Assembly (NCBI RefSeq): GCF_009914755.1
Contig: NC_060942.1
From: the human T2T-CHM13v2.0 reference genome, Homo sapiens
Strand: one strand, 5' to 3'
Length of the DNA stretch: 64,000 bases
Shown here: piece after piece, positions 1 through 16,330 of the stretch
How the letters are laid out: each line of letters begins with the position of its first letter
Position numbering within the stretch: the first letter of the stretch is position 1
The notes under the pieces: model-generated
What the model was told of the DNA's origin: nothing
Databases searched by the model: none
Seen by the model: only the letters and a program-made list of their open reading frames with translations
Program-made: the position numbers and the translations under genes

Positions 1-1240
1 TGGTGTGAGGCTTGAAGTTCTTTAGCTGTAACCCCTCTTATTATACAGGAGCCTTACGGGTGTGGTGGTAATGTGGGAGGGTGGGCTTAAGTATTCAGCA
101 GTCCTGTGATCAGGTCTCAGTCTTTTAATAAGCCTGAGTACTTCCCTTTCCCTTTCTGCATGTTAGAGTGGCCTGGAGTTGGGGGTATCCATTACCCCAG
201 GTTGGTAGGCTTTGGTAAAACCACAGTCTATCAAGCTGTGGTAAAATAGTTTCCCTGCAGTCTGGCTTTGTTAAGGATAACAGAGGGCTCTGGGGGTGTT
301 TCAAAATTGCTACTTTTCCTCTCTCCCTGTCAGAAGCACAAGGAGATTTCTCTTGATCTTCACCCTGAGAGTCTGGTGGGGTTCCTGGAGGTAAAACTCA
401 GGAAAGTGTGAGGGCCTCCACACAAAGGGTCTGCTGAAGTTTGTTCCATAGCCTCAGTTCTCTAATGGATCTAAGAAGAGTTATTGATTTTCAATTTGTC
501 CAACTTAATTCTTGTTTTGAAGACAGAAGTGATGACTTCCAAGCTCTTTATATGTTGAACCCAACCCCATATTATTTTCAATTAGCAATTGCATATAGCA
601 ATGGTACATTGCATTTATAGAAATATAATTGATGTTTGCCTGTGTATCTTTTTTCCTATTATGTTGCTGAATTCATTTCTTAGTTCTAGGAATTTTTCAA
701 ATACATCCCTTAGGATATTCTGTATACATAATCATGTCATCTGCACATAGGGACAGTTTTATTTCTTTTTCTAGTCTGTATTTCTTATTTCCTTTTCTTG
801 CCTTATTGCAGTGGCTAGAACTTGCAGCACTATATTAAAATAAGAGTGGTAAAAGTGAACATTCTTTCTTTGTTGCTGATCTTGGGGGGAAAGTATTCAG
901 TCTTTCACCATTGAGCATAATGTTAGCTGTAGGTGTTTTAAATCTTTATCCAGTTGACGAAGTTACCCTTTATTCCAATTTTTCTGAGAATTTATATCAT
1001 AAATGTGTTAAATTTTGTCAAATTTTTTTGCATGTATTGATATGATTATGTGGTTTTTCTTCTTTAGTTACTGCAGTGGGTTGCATTGATTGATTTCTAT
1101 TATTGAACCAGCCTGCATTCCTGGAATAAACCCCATTTGGTCATGATGTATAATTCTTTTTTTTATATTGCTGAATTCTATTTGCTAATATTTTGTTAAG
1201 GATTTTTGCATCTGTGTTCATGAGGGATCTGGGCTGGTAG

Positions 1241-2359
<1,119 letters not shown>

Positions 2360-2394
2360 TGACAGTCCTGGTTTAATTCCTAGTATTAGTAACT

Positions 2395-2396
<2 letters not shown>

Positions 2397-2454
<58 letters not shown>
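2397..2454. repeat. (CT)29 microsatellite
   Basis: Perfect dinucleotide run. Confidence 0.98.
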
Positions 2455-2458
<4 letters not shown>

Positions 2459-3543
2459 AGTCTTTCCAGAGGTTTGTCAATTTTGTTGACTTTTTTCCCC
2501 CAAAGAATCAGCTCTTTGTTTCATGGATTTTCTGCTTTTCTGTTTTCAACTTCATTGATTTCTGCTGTTTATTATTTCTCTCCTTCTGTTGGTTGTGAGT
2601 TTGTTTTGCTTTTCTTTTTCTACATATTCGATGTGAAATCTTACATTATTCACTCGGGACTTTTCTTCTTTTTTGATGTATGCATTTAGTATTCTAAATT
2701 TACTTCTTAGTACTGCATACTGCTTGAACTATGTCTGACAAATATTAATATATTGTTTTTAAATCTTTATTCAGTTCAGTGTATTTTTAAAATTTCCTTC
2801 TCTGCCTCTTCTTTGATTTGTTATTTAGAATTGTGTTGTTATTTTCCGAGTATTTACATTTTCCTCTTATCTTTCTGCATTGATTCCATCGTAGTCAGAG
2901 TGCATGCTCTGTACAGTTTCAGTTCTTTCAAATTTATTGAGCTTTGTTTAATGGATCTGGATACAGTTTATCTTGGCATATATATATATATATATACACA
3001 CACATATGTATGTGGGCGCTTGAAAAGAAAGCGTATCTGCTGTTTGGTGGAATGTTTGGAGTGTTCTATAAGCGGTGATTAGATACTGTTGGTTGATGAT
3101 GTCATTGAGGGTTCCGATAACCCTACTGATTTAAATTTATTTAGTCTGTCAATTATTCAGAGAGAGAGGTGTTGAACTCTGCAATGTGAATTGTGGATTT
3201 GTCAATTTCTCCTTTCAGTTCTATTAGTTTTTTCTTCACATATTTTACAACTCTGTTGTTTGGTGCATACACATTTATGCACCAAATTTAGGATTGCTAT
3301 AACTTCTTGGTGGATTGACCCTTTTACATTATATAATGTCTTTTTCTGTCCCTGGTAATTGTGGTTGCTCTGAAGTCTATGTTATCTCAATATAAATAGA
3401 CAACTCTGCTTTCTTTTGATTAATGTTTACATGATACATCTTTTTCTATTCTTTTACTTTCAACTTACTTATATTATTATGTTTGAAGTGAGCTTCTTGT
3501 AGACAGCATGTAGTAGGTCATATATGTACATAGATATATATAT

Positions 3544-3817
3544 TTTTTTGAGATGGTGTACTCTGTCACCCAGGCTGGAGTACAGTAGTGCTCACTGCAA
3601 CCTCTGCCTCCTGGGTTCAAGTGATTCTCGTGCCTCAGCCTCCCCAGTAGCTGGGATTACAGGCACGCACCACCATGCCCAGCTAATTTTTGTATTTTTA
3701 GTAGAGACGGGGTTTAACCATGATGGACAGGCTGGTCTCGAACTCCCGACCTCAAGCGATTAGCCCACCTTGGCCTCCCAAAGTGCTGGCATTACAGGTG
3801 TGAGCCACCGTGCCTGG
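3544..3817 (-). mobile_element. Alu
   Basis: Alu consensus, antisense. Confidence 0.9.
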
Positions 3818-6800
3818 TTTAATATTTTTAATCCACTCAGTCTTTGTCTTCTACTGGTGTACATAGACATTCGCATGTAATGTAAATGTTGATATGTAAG
3901 AGCTTGAATCTGTTATGTTTTTGCTTTCTCTATGTTTTCTCAATTTTTAATTTCTCTGTTTTCTTTTTTTCTGCTTCATATTGGCTAATGAACACTTTGA
4001 ATCATTCCATTTTGATTTACCTATAGTGTTTTTTAGTGTGTCTCTTTGCATAGCTTTTTTAGGGGTTACTTTAAGTATTTCATTATATGTACATAACTTA
4101 TCACAGTATATTGGTATCATTATTTTACCAGTTCAAGTAAAGTATGGAAATGTTTCCTCTCTACATTCCTTTACCTCATTTATAATATAATTGTCTTAGG
4201 TATTTCTTGTACATACATTTTAAACCGGATGAGTGTTATTTTTGATTTAGCTATCAAATAATTCCAAAAACTCAAGAAAAAAAGGAAAGCTTACTATATT
4301 GACCCATATTTTCATTCACCATGTTGTTTCTTCCCTCTTTATGCCCCATAGTTCCTTCTTCTATTGTTTTCGTTTAGAGAACTTCCTAGCCATTCTATTG
4401 GGGTAGATCTCCTAGTGACAAATTCTCTTAGCTTTCTTTTCTCTGTGAATGTCTTTATTTCCCTCTTTGTTCCTGGAGGACATTCTCACTGGATATAGGA
4501 TTCTTGGCTATTGGGTCTTTTCTTTTGGCACTTTTGTAAGTGTGCAGCCTGCTGTCAAAATAAAAATTAAAATAAAATAAAAATGAATGTTTTCCTTTGC
4601 TACGTTCATGAAAGTATAATTCACTGAATGAGGAGGGACACCCATCTCTATAATCTGGAGGCCCATGCTCACCTCTGAATAGTACATTTGCAGAGAAATT
4701 GGGGAAATCAAAGTCTGTTGAGACCAGCAAGATAAATAAGGCAAAAGGATACAAAACCATATCCAAAGAGAAATGGTTTAAAGGAACTAAGGCTGTTTCT
4801 CCTAAAAAGAAAATAGTTGGAGACATGTGACCTCCAAAGAAACAGGACTTTTTCTATGGGGCTCCAAGGGGTTTCTATGAGAGAATGATAAAGGAGAGAT
4901 TTCAGCTTAGTCTCAGGAAGACTTTTCAACAACCAAACCTGCCCAAAGATGGACTGCCCTGCCTAAGGATTGTGTTCTGACATTAAGGGTATGGAGGTAT
5001 GGGTTAGATGAATATTTTACCAAAATGCCATAGATATTTCAGGCTATTGATGTTGTAATATCATACTAGGCAACTCCACTTCAATATGAGTCTCTATGAT
5101 GTAAAATGAAATAGGATGTGTTTCGATAGAGAGTTGCAGATTTCATTTTGATGTTAGCGACCACACAAAATTACTTTCCCTACATAAGAACATGTTATTA
5201 CTCTAGTTGATGATGACTGCTTATGGGAAATGTGTCTGCTTTGTTAGGAATCTTGCCTAATATATGTATAATTCAAGATGGTATTATAAAGTGACATATA
5301 TGATTTTAACATTTGCACTTAAAATAACACTTATTCTGTACCATGCACTGTCTAGGAGCTTCTACATATTCCATTATTATCTTTATTTTACAAGACAGGG
5401 AACTAAGGCATGGAGAGATTGAGTAATTTGTGCAATATTACCTACCTAGTAAGTGGTAAAGGAAAGATTGGAACCCATTCTGGCTCCAGGATCCAGGCTC
5501 AAAGCCAATATACTATCCACCACCCCAACTCTTTAGTTTGATCAATTTGTCAAATTATTTTACAGTTATTTATCTGTAAATTAAGGGGATAATTGCCCAG
5601 TCAATAAATGTGTCCCCTTCAAAGGTTACATACTTAACCAATGGTGCTACTGGGCTCAGAACATTTTTGGAACTACGATTTTGGTGGCAACCAAAAAACC
5701 TCCAGTACATTCCTCTGAACATTCTCCAGAGGCAAGTCTTTCTCCATGGAGACTGGGCTTCATTTTTTGAATTAGCCTGAAGTTGTTTGAGGTCAAATCT
5801 GATGAAAAGAGCGGCTGGGGAAGCTGGATATTTTCGTTCGTGATTTAAAACAGTAAATGCCACCTAAATGAGAAGGCTACTTTCTTTGAATGTTTTGTAA
5901 ACTGGCTTTGAAGGTACTTCTTTAAAAAAGAAGCACAAGAAAGACGGTGACTGGCAACAGCCTCACTGGAATACGTCTCTAATCATCAAGGCAACCCACA
6001 CTCATTTGGATGTGTGCATCCGGTGATGTTATTATTTTTAAAGTTATGTGCCACAAAGATGCATTCTTTGCTATACAAAAGAGCTGTTGTTAAATTTATA
6101 AAGATATAAAAAGGGGAAAGGGGAAGGCACCAAATGGAAGATTCTTAGGCATTAAGTGCTCAGACAGCATAGATCTTCATTAGATGACGTCAGGGAGAAG
6201 AGACACAGACTTTGCCATCTCAGGTAGAAGTATCAAAGTCATCAGCCTCCTAGTAAGACAGACCTGGGTTTGAAGCTCTGCACAGCCATTTCCTAGCTGG
6301 TCTGGGGAAAAATTACTTCTTGAAGCCTCAGTGTCTTTATTTGTAAAGTAAGTGGAATTATATTACCTTGTCAGGATGTTGTCAGAATTAGAAATAATTT
6401 AAAGAGGTCCAGCACGAGCAGGTCAATCAAGGGAAGATGTTAAAAATAACAACAGGTGAAATGTACTCCCAAAAGATAAAGTGGATACATAGATGAATCT
6501 TCCTCACACACAGAGTATAATAACCTCAGAAAAATATTGCCTAGAGTAAACATGCCTCCCAAGCCAACGTTCATCATCCAGGAATACGGAGAGGATGTTT
6601 GGGATATGGGGGGCATGAAATTTTACAATTGTAGGGCCCTTTAACAAGGGTAGACTTGCAAGTTGCACTGCCTTTCCTGCCCTCTCTGGCTACCTGTTCC
6701 AGCATCCAGAGTTTGTGAACCTGGGGCCCAAGGACAGCACCTGGCATGGGCAGGCCCACTTGGCGACTCTCTCAGGGCTGCTGCAGCTGTGTCAGTGTCC

Positions 6801-7185
6801 CCACAGGGAGGCTGACATCCAGCCATGACCATCGCATTAAGCCCAGCAGTCGGGCAGGGGAGCAACTGCTCAGAGGCACCTTTGACCCACTACTTTTTTC
6901 CCCTCCTGCTTTATCTGCCCAGAGCGAGGCTCTCTTTCTAATGTGTACAAGGCGTTCTACCTATGACTCGTGGTCCTGCCATAGAAATGCTTTTTTTTTT
7001 TTTAACTGAATTAAGTTGCCAAGTTTGAAAAATCAGGAATTTCACATAAGCATCCCTATTTCTGTCTTCTTTTGAAAAACTGAATGTTCTTTCCACAGTG
7101 AGCCCACATTCCTTCCTGACGACCATCACCGTTCAGCTGGAGTAGAGAGGGCTCTGCTGGCTTCAGATCCGGACGCGCAGGTCCT

Positions 7186-7375
7186 CTGCAGGCCCCGCCC
7201 ACCCGGCGTCACCTGCAGGTCCCGCCCACCCGGCGTCTGCAGGCCCCGCCCACCCGGCGTCACCTGCAGGCCCCGCCCACCCGGCGTCTGCAGGCCCCGC
7301 CCACCCTGCGTCACCTGCAGGCCCCGCCCACCCGGCGTCTGCAGGCCCCGCCCACCCTGCGTCACCTGCAGGCCC
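7186..7375. repeat. Minisatellite with alternating 27/24-bp units (7 units plus a partial)
   Basis: Unit CTGCAGGCCCCGCCCACCCGGCGT(CAC) starts at 7186, 7213, 7237, 7264, 7288, 7315, 7339 and 7366 (partial). Confidence 0.97.
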
Positions 7376-7495
7376 GGGCCGCGGGGTTGGTTTCCACCCT
7401 GGAGGTTGCTGACACCCTGTGCCCTCGGCTGACTTCCAGCCGGTGGCACAGACGCCTCCAGGGGGCAGCACTCAAGCGCATCTTAGGAATGACAG
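7366..7495 (+). other. CLUL1: Probable non-coding first exon of CLUL1 (5' boundary uncertain)
   Basis: Lies in the only CpG-rich island of the window, just after the GC-box VNTR; strong donor CAG|gtgaga at 7495/7496. Confidence 0.7.
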
Positions 7496-7697
7496 GTGAG
7501 AACATCCTCCGGGCCCCAGATTTCTCTCCTCGCCGCTCTTGCCCATTTCTCCGGAGAGCCAGAGAAAGCCGCTCCCAAGTCCAAGGCCGAGCTCCGCAGA
7601 CGCCCGGCCCCTCCGGCGCGGACAGAACAAAGCCACTGTTCTTGCCGGGGAAGGTAGAAATACTGTGGGCTGCTTCAGAGGCTGCCAGCAAAACTCA

Positions 7698-8135
<438 letters not shown>

Positions 8136-10015
8136 CTATCAATGCTCATACAGTTTATGGAATTATCAGCCCAACTTGATAAAATCAGTATTTGAGGAAA
8201 CTGTGGATAAGCCCCCTGATTTCAATCCCCATTGTGCCAGGTCCTGGTTAACTGAGGTTAACGAAGTAAAGAGCTGCAGACACTATTAACTGCTACCTTA
8301 AACCGATTACTCTAGTTTAGCCTACTTTCCACGTACAGATTTTACCAGTGGACAACATGATGCTTTATCTTGTTTTTCTCTCCCTGGGACTTTTCTCCAG
8401 ACATTGAAAACAGAAATACTAATAAGGCCACTTTTACCTGCCTGATGCAAGAACAGAATTTTCAAACTCAACATTAATGCAACTCCTCAGTCCCTGACAA
8501 TGGCGGGTGGAAAAGTTTCTAAAAATATGCAGCAGCACAATTATCGGGAAGAGATGAGATACTGTTACCTAATAAAAATGCCATAAATAGAGAATGATGA
8601 ACTACCATGGGAAATGAATGCATAGAAGAGGACATGCTGGAATGTGGGACAGTAAAAATCACTTAAACTTTGCGTGACCTTGAAGAAAGTCACGATGATC
8701 TGTTTTTCCAGGTCCCTCAAACAGTGAGATGTGGCTGTTTCCCAAGTCTTCCTCTCCAGTGTAAAGGGTCTGAATTTAGACGCTTTGTGAGTCTTCCTTC
8801 TTTCGACAGCCTGGAGTCTCTCTTGAGTCTCAAGGCTGCCTGAGTTCCTCTCTAACATCCTCTAGGCAGTATCAGCTAATGAGACAATGAATTCCATGGA
8901 GGCAGCAGTGGGAACAGAAGTACCTCTCTTGGATAATTTACAACACTGGTGAGCAGAGGGTCAGATCACCCTGGGGTTTGTGTCACAACCAAAAAAGTGG
9001 CTGTGGCACTGAGTTCTTGGATGGTTTTCTACAGCTGGTCCAGATTTTCCATGGGCTCACCTTTAAATTAAAAGAATTTCTGCACTTTGAAGAATTTGAA
9101 AACAAAGCCATGTGTGAGAATATGAGATCCACTCATATGCCCTTGCAAGAAATAGGTTGCATTCCTTTTTCCGGACTTAAAAAAAAAGCACCCCCTCTTT
9201 CTTTTTTTCAGAAGGCATATATGTAAATGATTCCAAATTAATCTTTAGCATGTGCCTATGTTGTTCTGATTTACTAAACTTTAAAAATATGTCCATTGTT
9301 GTCTGTTAACAGCTTTTGGCAACTTTTTCAGAGATTGAAATATGTGAGCAAATTAGAGAAATGAGTACAATTATTAGCTAGTACCATTCAACAAGCGCTA
9401 AAGATACAAATACCTCTACAATACATAAAAGGAATGATTATAGTAGATTTTATAATGCCATATAAGGTTTCTTATTTAACTTCATTCTTAATTCTCAAAA
9501 TAAAATGAAATTACATAGAAGCAAAGTAATATAGTTACCAGAATAGTATTTTTACATGTCTTTAAGTGTATGTTGTTGTTGTTGTTTTTAAGGTAATTAT
9601 GTGATGTTGTGGAAAGAACAGAGACCTGGGTTAGATAAAATTCCGGTTGTCTACCAGATTGTGATAGTGAGCAAATTACTTAACCTCTATGATCCTTATC
9701 TTATTTATCTATGAAACAGGATTGGTAATACTCATATCATAAGGTTGAAAGGATTAAATGAGGCACTATGGAAAATTTCTAACATGGTGGTGCCTGGGAC
9801 AGTAGAAGATGCTTAATAAAGATAGCTTTCATTATTATTATTAGCTTTTTCAGGTGATGGTGATTGTAAATGTTTAGGTAATTTTTTAAACTTTAGAAAT
9901 AATTGATTTTCAAATGATTAAGACTGCTTATTTTAATCATTTATTTTTATCACCAGATTTATTTTTATTACCCAAAATGTCAACGACTGTCATAAAGATA
10001 AAAATTAATAATAAT

Positions 10016-10328
<313 letters not shown>

Positions 10329-11265
10329 TTAATAATAATTTAAACCCGAAGTATGAACTGAATTATTTCCCTTAGTAGCACATCACATAGGCTGATGATA
10401 GTTTTGGTGACTGGTTTATCTATTCTTCCTAAAAGCAAACTGTTGTTAGATGGATGATCACTTGCATGTTGTGACTGAACTCAGCAGTTGGGTTTTATTT
10501 TTTATTTTTTATTTGCTTCAGTAGCATTAGCCTTTCCTACCAAGATTCGAACAATCCATTTGCCTTTTTTTCCCTAAAATCTCTCATACATTGTAAATAC
10601 TACATATTGGCTAAATATTTCCTGGACAGACATGAAGGACACATAAATCAGTCTCTGTATGATGTTTCTCACTGTAATGGAGTTTATCTGGCTCAAGACC
10701 AGGACATTTATTGCATATCAGGTTTCTACAGTTCAGGCAAAAGTTTGAGGATAAGGACTTACTGCAAAAAGTCTTCTATTGTTCTCAACCATTTTCTCGC
10801 TTAGCACATGCAGAGATTTGAAATGGTCCGTGGTACAGTAGTTGTGTCTGTATATTTCTCTTGTAGAATATTAGAACAAGGGATTTGCAGTTTACAGAGA
10901 AGAAGGCTTGGCGAGGTGTTTGGAAATACACTCAGAAACCTGAGGAAATTTGTGGAAAGAGAGGCTTATTATTTCTAGAAATATGCTAGAGTACGTTTTG
11001 ATTGTGCACCTGAGGAATTAATAGATTAAGTAGTTTTATAAGGACTGGGGTTAATAGAATACTGGCAGTGAAGTTTGTCTTAGGACTTCTTAATTGGATA
11101 ATCAGTGAAGTCACCAGATCCCAGTTAGAGACAGTTCCAAGTTTTACAAAACGCAAGATAACTGTCCAAGAGCTGTAATGGCTTAATCATCTTTGAATAA
11201 TACCTCTCACTGAAGCTATATCATAAGAAATAAAAATCTACATTTTAAAAAATTGGCTGTAATCA

Positions 11266-11377
11266 TAGGGTGACTAACTGTCCCTGTTTACCCAGGACTC
11301 AGGGTTTCCCAGGCTGAGGGACAATGGGTACTAAAACCAGGACAGTCCCAGGCAAACTGGGACGGTTGATCACCCTA
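11266..11377. mobile_element. Palindromic MITE, MER81-like (hAT)
   Basis: Terminal inverted repeats TAGGGTGACTAACTGTCCC...GGGACGGTTGATCACCCTA. Confidence 0.7.
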
Positions 11378-11647
11378 CCCAATGGCCTCATCTGTCTCAT
11401 TAAAATATCTGGATTACTTCGTGCCTCAAAAATATCCTCGGCTTACCTGACTCTAGACAGTCAAGAAGCTTTTATTAATTGTCTAATGTATGCCACTTTC
11501 TGGAGGTGATATTGTTCAACTGATAGATGAGCATCACTGATTGAAATATTTTGTGGTTTTCATGCTTTGTATCTTGTGCTGATAGCCCCACATGGATATT
11601 TCTGTTTCCAAGTTTGTGTCACTTCTGGAGATATTAGCCTGAACTCA

Positions 11648-12438
<791 letters not shown>

Positions 12439-13499
12439 TTAAAAGACGTAATGAACAACTTGCTTGCCTTCCTGCCTGCCTTCCCTAAAATACTAAGTTA
12501 AATGCAATACATGCCCTGACATTGTAGTTTGCTTTCACAAAGATTTACTGAATACTTACTCTAGGCTAAACCTTGTGCTACATGTGGGGCTACAGGGATG
12601 AAAGAGAATTGGTCTTGCCCTCAGGAACCTTTCATTTAGTACAGAGATTTAGTGTGTGCTGGTTGGTCTCTGTTCTCCCCCTCTCCTCCAGATCTATTCT
12701 CTATTTCTTCCCCTCTCCCTGCCTCCAGGAAGGGGGGCTGGATCACTGTGGCTCATTGCTCTGTGGCTTCTGATTGAGTTCAGCCAATGGGAGGCATCAT
12801 TTTGGCGTGGCAGCTCTGGCTGTTCCTCTGCAATTGCAGTTCCCTCCTCCAAGGCTCTGGCTCTCACTGGGTTCCTGTATCCAATAACAGACTCCCTTAA
12901 CTGCCCACTTCTGAAAACAGTTTCTGCATAAAGCTATTTTCATAATTTCCTCTGATGTGCCTTCTGTTTCCTGTGTAGACCCTGATTCAATAGGAAAATA
13001 AATTATTGAAATAGAGGAAGAGACAGGTAATAATAGAGGTATACACAAGTAGAATGGGGCAATAAATGGCGCATTTTCGCACCATCAAGAGTGCCCATGT
13101 AACAGAGATAAGTAAATGCATCTTGAGCTGAACACTGAAGGATAAGAAACAAAGGGGAGAAAGACCTAGAAGGGGCAATATACAGCAAGGAGGGAAAATA
13201 AACTACTGTGCATTCATGCCAGTGTTAGCATTTAGGACATCTGGAAGCTAGAGGTGGAGTGGAAAAGGAGAGAGTGATAGGAGCTGGGGTCAGAGAGTTT
13301 CAGGGTGGGGAAGGTCTTGCAGGACCTTGTAGGTAATTGTAAAGCATTTGGATTTTATTCTGAGGGTCACTGGGGTGTCATTAGAGACTTTTGAGCAAAG
13401 AGGTACATGCTCTGACTGAACTTTATTCTGTGAACAATCAGAATCAACTAGATGGATTTAAGTATGGGTATACCATGAAAGAAAATTACTTAAGATCCT

Positions 13500-13657
13500 T
13501 GCTACTCAAAGTATGAGCCAGGACCAGCTACACTGGCATCAGCTGGGAACTTGTTAGAAATGCAGAATCCCAAGTCCCCGAGACAAACTGAATCAGAACC
13601 TGCACTTTAACAAGATCCCAGGTGGCCCATTTGTATGGTAGAGTTTAAGAAGCATTG
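13500..13657. mobile_element. MER5A-like DNA transposon remnant
   Basis: Hallmark CTTGTTAGAAATGCAGAATC...ACTGAATCAGAA...TTTAACAAGATCCC. Confidence 0.75.
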
Positions 13658-13829
13658 GTTTAAAAGATCCCTCTGATAGGAGCATGGAAGATACATTTGA
13701 GACAGAATAGACAAGTCAGAGACAGGTGGGAAGGGCCTAAAACAGGGCAGAAGTAGGGAGGTAAATGAGGAGACAAATACAAAGGAAGAAAATGCACAGC
13801 ACAGTGTAGACAATTCCTAAATACTTAAA

Positions 13830-14760
13830 AAAATTTTTTTTGAAATAATGATAGATTCACAGGAGGTTGCAAAGAAATGCGTAGGGAAGAACAATGCACC
13901 CTTTACCCAGCCTCCTCCATCATTAACATCTTATGCAACTATATTATAATATCGAAAACAATCAAGTGACATTGCTACAACCCATAGAGCTTATTCAGAT
14001 TTCACCAGTTATTAGATGCACTCGTGTGTGTGTATGCATATAGCTCTGTGTAATTTTATCATATGTGAAGCTTTGCTACCACAATCAAGATATTCAAGCC
14101 ATTAGCAGAAGATTTTCTGGTGTTACCTCCTTATAGCCACACGCATTCCTCCATCATTAACCCCTGGGAACAACTAATCTGTTCATCTCTATAATTATTC
14201 TATTTCACGAACATTTTGTAGATGGGTACATGCAGTGTGTATCTTTTGGGATTGGTAACAGAGCAAGACAGGATCTCACTCTGTCACCCAGGCTGGAGTG
14301 CAGTGTCGTGATCTTGGCTCATTGCAGCCTCCACCTCCTGGGCTCAGGTGATCCTTCCACCCCAGCCTCCTGAGTAGCTGGGACTACAGACACACGCCAC
14401 CTCACCTGGCTAATTTTTTGTATTTTTATAATGATGGGGTTTCACCATTTTGCCTAGGCTAGTCTAGAACTCCTGGGCTCAAGTGATCCAACCGCCTTGG
14501 CCTCCCAAAATGCTGGGAGTACAGGCATGAGCCACCACCTCCACCAGCTTTTTCATTCATACTTTCTTTGAAGTTCATCCAAGTTGTGTGTATCAATACT
14601 TCACTCCTTCCAGTTGCTGAGTAGTATTCCATGGCTTGGAGGTGCTAGAGTTTATTCATCACATTCAACCCATTGAAGGACATTTGGGTGGCTTCCAAGT
14701 TTCCAGTTTTGGGCTATTATGAACAAAGTTACTATGAACATTCATATACAATGGATACTT
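13830..14760 (-). mobile_element. Old L1 3' fragment with an inserted antisense Alu (about 14265-14545)
   Basis: L1M 3'-end-like phrases (GTTCATCCAAGTTG, GAGTAGTATTCCATGG, TTTGGGCTATTATGAAC) plus Alu consensus. Confidence 0.65.
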
Positions 14761-15022
14761 TTTGTATGAATGAATGGAATAGAATGGATAGGATTTAGTG
14801 ATCAGCTATGTGGGATGAAGAGTGGCATAAGTAGTAAAAAGTAACCCTCAATGCAATGTGCAGCCAGCAAGTACCACAAAAAGAGTTTATTTTGTTTCAT
14901 ACATATATTTCTATATATACATACACACACTTTATTAATAACCAAATAGTATCCTTTTCAAATGAAAACAGTAATTTAACATAAACTATGAACTTAAAAT
15001 CTAAAGTAAAACTTGACAACAG

Positions 15023-15438
15023 TGATGCAGAATTTTTTGCTCCTTAGCTCAGTTAGGTCTGTGTTCTTATCTTATGACCAGGAAGAACTAGGTACCCTGA
15101 CATCAAAGAATGAGTGGCATAGAATTTATTAAGCAAAAAGGAAAGCTCTCAGGAAAGAGTGGGGTCCTGAAAGCAGGTTGCTGGTTGCCCCTTCGTAGTT
15201 GAATACAAGGGCTTCTATATAAAACCTGATGGGGCCGAGTTCCCTGTTCGTATAAGGCATGAATTCCTGGTGGCTCCACCGCCCTCCCCCAGTGCGTATG
15301 TGGGACCTTCGTCCACTAGGGACATGTTTAGACAAGCTCCCTGTGCACGTTCCCTTATCTGCACAAAACATGGGTTGGAGGTTCTCCGGGGACCCTTCCT
15401 TTACTTTCTGCCTAAAGCAAGCTGGCTAACTCCTTTCA
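15023..15438 (-). mobile_element. Solo ERV1 LTR, MER61-like
   Basis: TG...CA termini, near-TSD ACAG/ACAA, minus-strand AATAAA (TTTATT 15125) and TATA-like box; end sequence TGATGCAGAATTTTTTGCTCCTTAGCTCAG recalls MER61. Confidence 0.7.
15320..15339. promoter_or_regulatory. Perfect-consensus p53-family response element
   Basis: GGACATGTTT-AGACAAGCTC = RRRCWWGYYY twice with zero spacer. Confidence 0.75.
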
Positions 15439-15710
15439 ACAATACTAAAGACATACAGACAATGGTTCTCAGTACAATCATTTTAAATATTTAAGTAAAC
15501 TTAAAATGGTGTTTGTTTTGATTTGACATTTTAAAAGATATCGCTGTTCTAAAAATTCTGTGTTTTTAGTTGTTTGGGCTCCTATTCTACAATGTGCTAT
15601 TACTATTAAGCATTCTTGTATCATGGCATTCCTCAAATAGTTTTTAAATTACTTTTAATTTGAAGAAGGAACATTCTGTACAGTCACGGAAAGTGTCAAA
15701 AATGAAAATG

Positions 15711-16330
<620 letters not shown>

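Larger units (their letters stand above)
7125..7660. promoter_or_regulatory. CpG island / GC-rich TATA-less promoter
   Basis: High GC and CpG density against an AT-rich background; multiple CCCGCCC boxes; CTCF-like CCTCCAGGGGGCAG at 7455-7468. Confidence 0.8.

Noticed and set aside
6185-6192. Full CRE palindrome TGACGTCA about 1.2 kb upstream of exon 1
   Set aside because: A single 8-mer is expected roughly once per window of this size; no supporting context.
7186-7375. CRISPR-like array or the TYMS 28-bp enhancer repeat
   Set aside because: No unique spacers and a eukaryotic context; the unit differs from the TYMS repeat and no TYMS coding sequence is in the window.
7126-7471. Repetitive minus-strand ORFs (GGRGLQ..., GWAGPA...)
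   Set aside because: They are translations of the promoter VNTR, whose 24/27-bp units are multiples of 3 and GC-rich; there is no other evidence of coding.
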